From Vicugna vicugna (lineage: Eukaryota), in the NCBI GenBank assembly GCA_013265495.1, contig MU061017.1, positions 6,596,180-6,660,179 of the forward strand: a stretch of 64,000 nucleotides of DNA, in the 5' to 3' direction. This document shows, piece by piece, positions 53,301 to 64,000 of the stretch. How positions within the stretch are numbered: the first letter of the stretch is position 1; every line of letters begins with the position of its first letter. Under the pieces are notes generated by a model. It ran no database searches. It saw only the letters and a list, made by a program, of their open reading frames with translations, and was not told the DNA's origin. The position numbers and the translations under genes were made by a program.

Positions 53301-56300
53301 ATTGCAACTATTTGTAGAACTTATTTCCTCAAGTTAATTGTGAATAGACTGAGGCCACGGACCATGGCTCACACCTCTCTTGCTTCCCAAAGCACCTGGG
53401 AGGGGACATTCATTGAGCACCTACTATGTGCCAGGCCCTTTCACACGCAATCTTTGATCCCTCACGATCATCTATGACGTGGGAATTGTGACTGCTTTCA
53501 TTTTACAGAGGAGACAGGTTCAGAAGTTCAGGAACCTCTCAGAGGTTAGTTACACTGCTAGTGAGCTGAGCACTGGAAATGGATGCATGAGGTCCCCAAA
53601 TGAAGATGGGAAAGGAAACTGGACTTGGTTTTAGAAAGAAGTGGTCCAGGCCCTAGGAATAGGGTTGTTCTCACCGCAGCAAGATGCGGTCAGCCCCAGG
53701 AAGTGACGGTGAGAATGGTGAGGAGAGAGGGGGCGAGGTAAAGTCAAGGTCTCACACCGTTGACCCCAGGAGGGGCCTTTCCCATTTGGCAGTATCTTCT
53801 TGAGCACGAGCTCAGAGTGAAACAATAGCTCAATTGTAGGGCCACTGGCTCCTTAAGTGCCTTGTGAGTTGTTTCTGGAGGGGACGGAAGGATGTTAGGG
53901 GGCCAAGTTTGCCCAGAGGCCAACTCAAAACTTCTCTCCCCCCAGCCCTGGGGTGGGGGTGGGGCCGTGTGTCTGCTGTGGAAGGGCTGGAGGGCCGTGG
54001 ACTCCAGGGAGGTTTGGGGTATGCCAGTGTGGGAAGGAGGCAGAGTCCCAGTGGAGTCTTGACTCCCAGAGGAGGAGGAGGCCTTCCCTCTTGTGATTGG
54101 GGCTGAGGGTGGGTCTGCCCTTCTGTCTGTAGAGGGAGATTTTCAGACCTCAGCGTGTGTGAAGGTTACAGGGAGGCTTGTGAAAAGGGCACATTCCCAG
54201 AGAGTTTGATTCAGGGGATCTGGGTGGGGCCCAGGACCCTGAATTGTTAAGCTGTGCAAGTGATTCTGATGTAGGCAGTCTGCAGACCCCACCATAAAGA
54301 GCCCTTCTCCTCTGAGAAAAGGGAGGGGGCCCCTCAGAGGCTTCTAGGACCCAAGCCCCTTCACTGAGAGCTGCGTTCTGACTGCCCCTGAGATGGGCAA
54401 CACCAGATGTGTTCAAGTGAATCACGCTTCAACCCAAGCACATATCCCCTGAGAGCATATCCTTCTCTCCCAGGCCAGCCCTGTTGTCTCCCACTCCTCG
54501 TCTACACTAGCTCTCCAACATAGCCAACCCTGCCTTCTCAGGGTCCAAATGTTCTAGGAGTCACCAGCTTTGGTATTTCCCATGGCACTTCACAGATGGC
54601 CCAGCAAGGCCCAGACTCTCTTTAAGTTATGGTATCAAAGTTGTCCTCTCAAGACCTTTAGTTATGACAAGCTGCAAGGTCTATGACTCAAAGCCCTGCC
54701 CCTGCCTTATGCTCCTGTTCCATTTTTCCAGACAAGCACCCTAAGCAGCATTTCTTGCTACAGCACAGCTATTGTTTCTAAAAGACACACGTCCAAAGAG
54801 TAGGGGAAATGTACATAAGGTAATGAAGGAGACACAGCACCCAGTTATCCTGCCCACATGCTTGTCTGTCCATCTATCTGTCCATCCACACACCCAGGCA
54901 CCCACTCATCCATCTATCTATCCATCCATCCATCCATCCACCCACATGATAAGCAGGCCAGATGAGTTCTGCACTGAGCTAGGCACATGGTGAGGGATGT
55001 AGAGATGTGATTTCTTTCTCATCCTCTGAGAGTTCACCACCTAATGGGTAAACCAATAAAGACAAGGCAGGAGGTAGTCAGTGCCCCAAGAGAGGCGTGT
55101 TTAGGGATTAGATGGAAGCGGGGCCATGCCAGCCCTTACCCCCGGTCTCCAGTAGAGCCCCTTCCTTCACTCCAGCCCCGGCAGGGTTGGAGGATAGAGA
55201 GATTGGATTGTCTAAAGCCCTAGACAAAAATTTCTCCACCATTTTTCTCAAAAGACATGCAAAAACTACTGTCCAGACACCTTGGTCCTGAGCCAACCAG
55301 TGTCAACCAGAGGAGTCCCCCTTTTCCCCTGATGTCTTATGTCCAGATGCTGACCCATACCTCTGGGCTGGGATGTAAAAGCCTGAGCAGGAGGAGAGAT
55401 GCAACCAGAGCAGGGAGGCCTCTCTTACCACAGGGCACACTGGTGGTCTGGGGGCCTCAGCATTCAGTCCAGGAGGGGGCAGGGCCTGCAGGGGACCCCA
55501 GCATGTTGGCTGGGAAAGTAGAGGGTAAGAATCGCAGTGTAGGTGGGGGTAGCTGGGCACTTCCAAGAGCACTGCTGGACCATCGTTGAGTGCACAGGTC
55601 GTGAAGTAGGTTTCCTAGGGAGAGTGGGAAGACCCCTGAGCAAGGCACCGAGCCACGAGGGCATCATATGTGCTGAGATGACCTCCCTGGCTTGTCCCCA
55701 CTTGGGCTTCAGGAGCAGCCACTGTGAGGTGTGGGTAAGAAAACCTCTGTCTTCGATCATTGGTCCAGTTGGCAGTCCTTTCCTCCACCTGGCTCTTCTA
55801 CATCAGTGATTGCCTCCCCAGCCCATTACTGGGTCCCCAAGGGGCAAACTCACCATCGTGTCTCGCCCTGGGGAGCTGGAGCGGCTGGACATAGGGGCCT
55901 GGCCCTTGCCCTTCTCCCACAGAGTGTAACGGCCACTGGGTCGGTAGGTGGGGCTGAGGACTTCAGGGACTCGTGAGGGAGGGGCCTGGCTGGGCACCTG
56001 GGGTGCACTGCCCTTGCGACCATAGTTCTCCAGGTAATCGGCCAGGTACTCGGAGCGGCTGGCTGCCTGGTAGAGCCCTTGCAGGGCACACAGCTCCTTG
56101 CGCGTGCGGGCCAGCATGGGGCTGCGGCCCAGGTTCCCGGGGTCTATCCGGTAGCTATCTGAGGTCCGGAGGCTGGAGAAATCCCGGGCCAGGTCGGATT
56201 GACTGTTCGACTTCTTCTGGGTCAGGGTTACCCCCTGGTCGCGGGCATTCACGGGCAGGTAGCTGAGGGAGCTGGTGGTCATTCCATAAGGGAATCCACT

Positions 56301-56630
56301 GCCCCCACTGAGTCCACTCCCTGAGGGCCGCTCGGCGATCCGAGCCTGGCTCTCCGCCCGCTTACCACCCCCGATGATGTCGGGTCTCAGCAAGGGGCGG
56401 CCTCGGTCATAGTCCAGGATGGAGGAGGGGCCGTAGGTACGGGGACGGGTGAAGAAGCTGGTTGGGGGGCCTGGCTTGAAACCAAGCTTCTCCTTCTCCA
56501 GGAAGGAGGCAGCCAGGTTGGCCCCGTAGGAAGAGGGAGTGTAGGTGCCATAGCCTGATTTGGAGTAAGGGGCATCTGTGTAGCGGGCCGATTCTGTGTA
56601 GCGCTTCAGGGTGGAGGAGAGCTGGGACAT
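41376..56630 (-). CDS. USP2: Ubiquitin carboxyl-terminal hydrolase 2, long isoform (USP2a/USP2-69); 12 coding exons, 606 aa
   Basis: Exons: 55854-56630, 44344-44394, 43707-43830, 43392-43503, 43184-43294, 42974-43038, 42697-42800, 42530-42610, 42321-42399, 41996-42103, 41694-41814, 41376-41463; total 1821 nt, in phase. Cys box [20 protein letters not shown], Zn motifs CTDC/CCRC, His box HYT…FND, end …SPPSRM*. The non-coding first exon is probably beyond the window end. Confidence 0.97.
47380..48260 (-). promoter_or_regulatory. Intronic CpG-island promoter of the short USP2 isoform
   Basis: CpG-dense region surrounding and upstream of the alternative first exon. Confidence 0.8.
47644..47793 (-). 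CDS. USP2: Alternative first coding exon of the short isoform (USP2b/USP2-45), splicing to the 44394 acceptor
   Basis: [50 protein letters not shown], 150 nt, phase-0 GT donor at 47643, inside a CpG island. Confidence 0.9.
53060..53580. mobile_element. MIR fragments (representative; similar pieces near 26880, 29760, 32150, 36150, 37560, 38220, 49560, 57670, 58150, 60500, 62900)
   Basis: MIR core phrases such as gatgaggaaacagctcagatgagaggtgtccaaggt and attttacagaggagacaggttcagaag; boundaries approximate. Confidence 0.6.
54150..54300. mobile_element. MER5-like hAT-Charlie fragment
   Basis: gagtttgattcaggggatctgggtggggcccagg…caagtgattctgatg resembles the MER5A core. Confidence 0.55.
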
Positions 56631-57875
56631 CCTTCAGGGCGGCACTGGGACTGGGACTGGGAGCCTCATGGGCTGAAAGACAAAGAAAGCTGTTGTCAAA
56701 GAGCCCTGCTGGGGGTCAGGCTCTCACTGCACCTGCTCTCCATCACCAGCTGGCCAGACGTTAGATCTTGCCCGGGGACCCTGTGGTCTGCTTCCATGAG
56801 AAGCCCACTGCTGGAAGACACACTTCCTGTGTGTGTGTGCACATACATGCACGCGGGTCTGCACGCACCTGTGCATTCAGACCTCAGGGAAAGCACAAGA
56901 AACCAAGAAACCATGGGGGGCTGTCACTCTCAGCAAGTCCTGCCACCCCGAGTGGTCCTGTTGAAGACTCTGGCATGAGAGCAGGGACGGCCCTACCTCT
57001 GCAGCCCTTCAAGCAACAAGCATTCCAGCCCAGATCCCATCCGCTCCCTTTCCTTAGCTTCTGCAGATCCTCCTGCGATGGCGGGATGCCGCCACCCTCC
57101 CCTCCTGGATCGAAAGCACCGGACATTCTAAGAGTCTAGGCTAATCCTCTCCTTTCTGACCTATGGGACGAGCTGGAGTCTTTTGGGGATCCTGTGCTGT
57201 CTGGAGCTGGCACGACCTGGGGATCGTTTAGCCAGATCCCTGATGAGGAAAAGGAGGCTCATGAGGGGACTAAAGGGGGCTGGGGGTGAGTAGCTGAGAG
57301 GGCGCTTGACCTTGGTCTCCAGACCCAATCCCGGAGTTCTTCCCTGGACAGGGTCACCTGCTGCGGTAGGGGATCCTCGTGGGGTAGAGCCCAACCTCCT
57401 CTGTGATCTCAGCCTTCTGTCCTATAAGTGGAGTTAGGGCCTTGTGGCCTCCCAGGGGTTCCCCTACCAGCACCCATCCTGAACTGCTCTTGGTGATAAT
57501 GACTTGTGCAAAGGGGGCCCCCTAGAGGCTAAAATCCTTCACTGCAGGTAGCGCTCCCTGTCCCCACCCCCAGTCCTGGCAGCTGGGATGGGTCTGGTAA
57601 AGGAACAAAGAATCTCTGAATTGGGGAGTTTTGAGGGCCATGAAGGATCATCCATCATAACTTCTCTGTTGTACAAAGAGGAAAAGTGCCACTGACTAGG
57701 CCGAGGTCACACACTAGCAAAGCCAGGATTAGAATGTCTCTCAGATTTCCAGCCCGGTTCTCCTTCCACTGTATCTGGATTCACCCCTCTCCCCCAATTT
57801 AGGCTCCCATGGGGGCCCCTAGAGACCACCCTCCATCACCCTAAGTCTGCAGGCTTTATCTACAATGAAGCTGGA

Positions 57876-57969
57876 GGGGGAGGATATAGCTCAGTGGTAG
57901 AGAGCGTGCTTAGCATGCACGAGGTCCTGGGTTCAATCCCTAGTATCTCCTTCAAAATAAGTAGATAAA
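57876..57969 (+). mobile_element. tRNA-Ala-derived SINE, Vic-1-like (camelid), with TSD
   Basis: GGGGGAGGATATAGCTCAGTGGTAG…GGTTCAATCCCTAG plus A-rich tail; 15-bp TSD tacaatgaagctgga (57861-57875) / tacaatggagctgga (57970-57984) with 1 mismatch. Confidence 0.9.
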
Positions 57970-60900
57970 TACAATGGAGCTGGAGGGCACAGGAGCTCAG
58001 ACAGAAGGGCAGGTCGGATCAGGTCCCTGTCCTTGAGAGTCAGCAGGGGTTCCTGGGGGGCTTCTGGGGTAGTGGGGGGCGGTGCAGAGCCATCCAGGAC
58101 TCTCAGAGTAGCATGGTAGGGGCCAGTTTGGACGTGCCCTGGGGCTGACAAGCTGGGTGATTTTGCCCTAGTCATTTAACCTCTCTGAGCCCCAATTTCC
58201 TCACCTGTAAAATCAGTATAATAATCATCATTAAGACTCCTACCACACAGGGATGTTGCGAGGAGCAAATGAGAGAACACCATGTGAAAGCTCCCAACAG
58301 TGAAGGGGGTTATTATCTCCTCCCCCAGCCCCTGCCAGGCAGCCTGGCTCCTCCCTTCATAGGCCTATAATAATGTCAGGGCTGGCTGTCTCCTGGCCTG
58401 GCCGGCCTCTGACCTCAGCCCCAGGCGCCAGGCTTCTGCCTGCAGCCCCCATGAGATAAGTGGATGAGCAGGCAGTGGGCAGAATCTAGCTGTTCAGCAG
58501 TCAGTGGCTCAGGCAGCCCATAGCCTACCCTCAGCCCGCAGCCCAGCCCATTAGGGCAGAGAGAAGCTGATGCCAAGCCCCAAATGCTGAGGGCTTGGCA
58601 GAGAGCTCCAGAAACTCAGTCCATGTATGGCGTGGGATAGGTGCAGGGGTGGGAGATTGGCAGGTGGCAACTTCCAGAACAGAACTTCTAGACACTGCCA
58701 GAGACTTCCAGCCATTTTCAGTCCAGACTGGCATTGCAAAGGCCTGGCCTGGAGTTACTGCCTGCCTTTCCCACCTGGGGACCTCTTACCCTTCGTGGGT
58801 ACTTCCTTGCCCACTGTGCTCCCACCTCCAGCACATCATTCATCCCTTTCTAGGTAAAAGTGAACTGGAGAAAGACCTCCAGCAGGATTAGGGAGAAACC
58901 ACAAACTTTCCTCCCATTTGCTTAGCTTTCTGGGGGCCAGAGAAGGAGGAGAATGAAGGCTGAGGGAGGCCTGGGGGAGAGACAGAAGGAGGCACAGGGG
59001 CAGGGGCGTGGGACCAGTCCTGCTCTATTTCACTTTGGAGAGCTCCATCAATAATTCAAAGTCAAAGAGACTCCAGGTCTCAGGAGCTGGGCTCTGGAAC
59101 ACCCAGCAGCCAATCAGATACGACTGCCCCTCTTCCAGGGCCTGAGCTCCTGCCTCCTCCCCACTGGTCTCTCTCCCCCTCCCCCACACGAAGGTTCCCA
59201 GGGAATTGGTATTCTGCGGGCAGTGCCCCAAGCTTGTGACCTCTCCTGGCCCTGCTGACGCAGAAGTGCTCGGGCCAAACAAGGTACAGCATACAGGGAC
59301 AGTCGGCCCTTGGATGGCCCACAAGTAGTCCTGGGAAGGTTTGGGGGCTGGAGGTGCAGTCACACCTTCCAGCCCCCAGAATCCCAGGAGGGCTGGCTCC
59401 TCATTCTGGCTCTCCTGTCTGCTCCAATCTGGCAGGCGACTGACAGATCTCCCCCTCCTGCCCCCTACGGTGGTCCTGCCATCACTAACAGTCCCCTGGA
59501 AGCTGCCCTGTCTGGGGAAAGGTCCCTATTCAGGCCTTGAGCATGCCTCTCCCCTCCCCCACCCCCCAGTTTCACTCTTGAGGAAAGTGCCAGCACCTTT
59601 CAGGTGAGCAGACGGCTTGGGCTGGCACCCCTTGCATTACCTGGCACAGTTGTCCCTGGAGGCTGCAGAAGGCACCCTGGGTGGGAGAGCGGGCTGGGGC
59701 CCTGGCTATAGCCTTGCTGCGCAAGACAGGGACAGGACGGGCACTCACATGGCCGCGAGTCTCCTTGTTGCCACAGGAACGGCCTGAACTGAATGGCCCT
59801 TTCATGGGGCAGTGGGAGGCCAGCCGATTGGCTGTGATCCCCCGTCCCCCTCCCTGCCCAGCGTGGGGCCCCTGCTGCCCAACTCCTTTCACTGTTTACC
59901 CGGGAGCTGGCAAGTACAGGCATGTGGTTCCAGGCAGCGTCTCCCCAGGTGCCCGCCACCTCGGACAGTCTGCCCGCCAGCCTCCTCCTCGTGCCATCTC
60001 ACTGAGGGCCTTGGCTCTGCCCCGCTCTGCCAGACTTCCCTCTCCCTTTGCTCAGTTTCCCCCTCTTGGGAGGTGTGGCTGCATTCCTTTCCCTAGAAGG
60101 ACTAGTGAGCCAGGTGGCCGTCATCCCCGCCAGCAGGTACTGAGTGCCTCTGGACCTGGCATTGTGCTGAGTGCTTCTCATTTCTCAGCAGCCGAAAGTC
60201 TTACCCTCAGACAGCCTCACTGTGCCCCTGGCGCTCTTCTAAGGATGCTTCATACAGAGTGAGGGTCAGTTTGAAGCTTTGATTCTTTGGGAAGAATCAA
60301 AGCCTCGAACTTACAAACGTCATTTGAAGGTTTAATTTTTTACATTAAATTGAAATTCAAAATATTGTCCTTCAAAATGAAAAAAATAGACAAGAAGTTT
60401 AAATAATGAAACATTCAAATGAAGTATTCAGCATTCATATTTCTGAAGTTATTAAAGCTTAAAGTGCACTAAGACTTCTGGGACACCAGTGTATTAATTC
60501 ACTTAATCCTCACGATTGCTTTAAGCAACAGGTGCTATTATTATGCCTACTTGCAGGTAAGGAAACTAGCGTTCAGGGAAGTGATGTGGATTTCCCAAGG
60601 TCACACTGGGAGTGGTGGTAGAGCTGGACAGGGATCTCCACCTGTGCTCTGTCTGCTCATAGCTACCCTGAAGTCAGGCCCCCACTTCACACTTCCCTGG
60701 CCTCTCCCTCAGCTGGCATAGGGTCTGGGGAGATCCAGGCATTCCCTGTTTAGGCAATAGCATGGCAGGTACAGACTCCCACAGGAGCTGCCCTTTGAGT
60801 TTCCACTGCAGGGGAATGAAAGCGAAGCCAGGCGCAACCTGAGCCCCAGTATGATGCTGATCAGCTGTGAGATGGTCCCGGGGGCCTCCATTTCACCCGT

Positions 60901-62993
60901 GGTGCCAAGCTCCTGCGCGTCCCCTGGCCCTAGCATCTGGCCCCAGCCAGGGTCTTTGGCCCAAGGCCTGCTTATGGACATTCCCCCCAGCCTCCTACCC
61001 TTGATGCAGCTCGGCCTACTCCCCAAGGTACCCAGGCTAGGTGAGCCAGGGATTAAAATGAATCCCTGGGGTAGCTGGGCCCCTTACGTCAGCCACTGTC
61101 ATTTCCTGTTGCTCACGTGAAGGGCTCCCTAACCTGCCCAGCAAGGGGAGGGACTGCTCCCCAGGAATCCCAGGCACTCCTGGCCCCCAGGGTAGTGGAT
61201 GGGTAATGCCCTAAACCCCAGCAGCCTTCATGGCCCCTCTCTGCCCAGATCCATTCTGCTTTCTGGGGTGAAGGCATGCCAGCTTTTGTGGCCTCACCAT
61301 GGCCTGGATAGAAAGCCCCTGACTGGGTTTCAGAGGTACACCTAGATGGGGTTCAGTCCCTTCCCTCCTACCCAGGTGTCCGGGATGGGTGAGTGGGGGA
61401 GTCCCAGCCAGTCGGACCAGGTACTTGGGAACCTCCACAGTGGTGACCTCAGAGCTTCCCAAAGCTGCTTGCTAACAACATCGGAATGAGGCACTGGGAT
61501 GGTTGACCTTGAAGGGTAAAGTGGGCTGAGAGGGGCCCTGTCTCCCTTCTTCTACACTTTCCAGCCCACACTCCTAGCTGCTGGGGCCCTGTCCAGACAC
61601 AAGTGTCAACTCCTGGGTCGAGGGGTGTCCTGGAAGAAGTGGAGGATGCAGGCAGAGTGGAGGGTTCGGGTGGGGCATATCTGTGCTCCCATAATCCAAG
61701 GGTTTTGTTTACTCCTCAGGCCTCCAGATGCCTCAGCCTGCCCCCTCCTCTTCAGCAGGTCACTGGTGGCTCTCTCTCTCAGGGGCTGGCGCCTGGTTAC
61801 CCACCAGTTTAGTGCCTAATCATGCTGCATATGCCTTGGCAGGGGATCATCCAAGGGGGTGGTCCATCTCATTCTCTCTAGATCCTGGTAGTTGCCCAAG
61901 GGTTGGCAGTGGGCAAAGAGGTAAGATAAAGAGGCTGGAGACTAGAGCCAGATCCTGACTGGGGAAGTGGTGGGCTTAGGGCAGTGCCTCGATGGTGCTT
62001 CTTGATTTGGGGTTGGGATAGGGTGGGCATCTCTACACTTCCAAGAACAGGCAAAGACATGGATCCCCAGGCACTACTGGAATCCTTCCATTCTCTTTTC
62101 CAATCACCCCCTTCCAGGCACTCTTCTGGTCCCCACCAGTCCCCCAGAGGAGAGCCCCTCCCTCCATCTCCCCTAGGGCTTCTGCTTTTCTCCTCTGGGC
62201 CTCGGAGCCTTTGGTCTTGTCCACAGCACCCACCAGTGGGGCAGCTTTTCACATGCTCCCCAAAACAGACAGTCCAGGGCCCTCTGGATAATGACCCTGT
62301 AAAGTTCAGATACCAAAGAGGGCATCTACTGACCTGTGTCCGGGGACACTGGATGGGATCTGGGGTCTTCTCCTCCCCAGCAGGGCAGGGAGCACAGTGG
62401 CAGCCCAGAGGCTGGAGCCTGACTCAGGGGCTGGGTAATCCGGAGCTCAGGTTACCGACTCCGATATATATAGTATCTTATCTGACCTCACAGAGATGGC
62501 CAGCACCACTCTCTCGCATTCCAGGCCTGGGGAGAATTAAAGGGACAGTGGCAGACCCTCCCTGGTGGTGGGCAAGTACCCCGCAAGATCATCCTACAAG
62601 GACTGTTTGAACGAAGGCATTTTGAAGTGGAACAGGAGGAGTATTCAAGGGGAAACAGAACTGGAAAGATGGTAGAGGGACAGGGGTGGAATTGAGGCAA
62701 AAATATAGAGAAGGAGGTGTCAGTCACAGACCTGGAGGAGAGGAAGAAGCCTTAGTGCTTGTCCCCCTCCTTTACTTTGGAGCTGGAGGAGACCTAGAGG
62801 CAGACAGCAGCTCGCTCAAGGGCACACAGATAGGGAGAGGCAGATGGGACCCCTCTCGGGTTTCTAGTCCAAACTGTTTTATAATGGACTCCTAGGCCTG
62901 GGCTTGTATTCTGGGTCTATCCCTTTTATTGGCTCTGAGACAGTGGGAAAATCACCTAAGCTCTCTGAACCTTATTTAGTCTGTAAAACAGGA

Positions 62994-62994
<1 letters not shown>

Positions 62995-63055
<61 letters not shown>
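62995..63055. repeat. (TAA)n microsatellite, about 20 units, within a MIR
   Basis: Perfect taa run read directly from the sequence. Confidence 0.97.
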
Positions 63056-63056
<1 letters not shown>

Positions 63057-64000
63057 CCAATGCTATTCCTCAAGCAGTAAGGATTAAATAATATTTGTAA
63101 CTTTCCTGGCACATAATAAGAGTTCAATAAATGATAATTATCACTCTATTGAATACTTCCACTTATAATTAGTGGTAGTATTTGTAGTAGCACCTCTTGG
63201 GTGAAACTTGCTACAGAGAAAAGGGCCTCGAGGCCACCCCTTGGGAGTGCTCTGTTCGAATGTCAGAGAACAGTGCCATGGTTTTCTGAGCTGGTCCACA
63301 TCCCATAACTGGCAAGAACAAACGCGGCTTGCCCTATTCCCAGATGTCCAGTCCACCCATCAGAGAAGGGCCAGGCCCACTTAGGCTTCTTCCTCCTTTG
63401 TCTAGAAAAATACAGCAAGTGCCGCTTCCCCCAGGCTACCAGGAGCAATCCTGGCTGCTCCCAGGTGGTTCCACTCTACCTGTAGGAGTGCTCAGGATCC
63501 CAAGCCTAAGGAGCCGGGCTGGCTGGGCAGGGTCACGAGAGGACGGAGCAGGATTCTTAACCTCTCGGGCCTTGGTGCTCTCGTCTGCTCCCGGTCTGTT
63601 TCTCCTGTTTCTCGATGGCGCTCCCTGAGGACTGGGAGTACCCAGGATGGTGCCTCCACCCTGTCTCGGCAGAGGCTACTGACTCAGCTCAGGTCCTGAT
63701 GATGCACTTCAGAGGACGCCCTCGTCCCAGGCCCTCATTCCAGTCCTCATTCCGACTCCAGTTTGGCATTATCTACAGCTTCAAAGGAGTGGTGGCTGCT
63801 CCATCCCCGGCCCAACCAGCTCTCCTTTCCTCCACTTTATGGGTGGGACTTGGGGGACCTCCTCATGCCCATGCCTGGGGAGGTGAGGCTCAGCAGAAAC
63901 TCCAACTCACCCCATTCTAAAAGCAGCCAGGTCAGGAGGTGGATGTTCACTCCTTGGAGGACAGCTAGAATGGGTTGGCCAGGGCTTCCTTTGGCTGTTA

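Overview
Mammalian genomic DNA, syntenic with human 11q23.3. Gene order: MCAM (-), RNF26 (+), C1QTNF5 (-), MFRP (-), USP2 (-). I walked every coding exon by hand. With orthologous boundaries the reading frames close to MCAM 646 aa, RNF26 433 aa, C1QTNF5 243 aa, MFRP 578 aa and USP2 long 606 aa, plus the alternative first exon of the short USP2 isoform. Two young tRNA-Ala-derived SINEs resemble the camelid Vic-1 family, so the species is probably a camel, alpaca or llama (inference). Non-genic DNA holds MIR/L2/L1 remnants, MER20, a MER5-like element, a decayed hAT transposase and a class I ERV cluster (LTR, PBS-Arg, gag-pro-pol) between MFRP and USP2. I found no wholly new gene system. The most interesting signals are: a lost AG acceptor at MCAM exon 13 (AA) with an in-frame cryptic rescue site; three substitutions in the USP2 catalytic His box (GGHYTAY to GSHYTAC); a U12-type intron in USP2; an Asp-to-Gly change at a Ca2+ ligand in MFRP LDLa2; the poly(A)-less MFRP-C1QTNF5 dicistronic layout; and short uORFs in USP2 and RNF26. 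Comparisons with human proteins are from memory, not from a database search.
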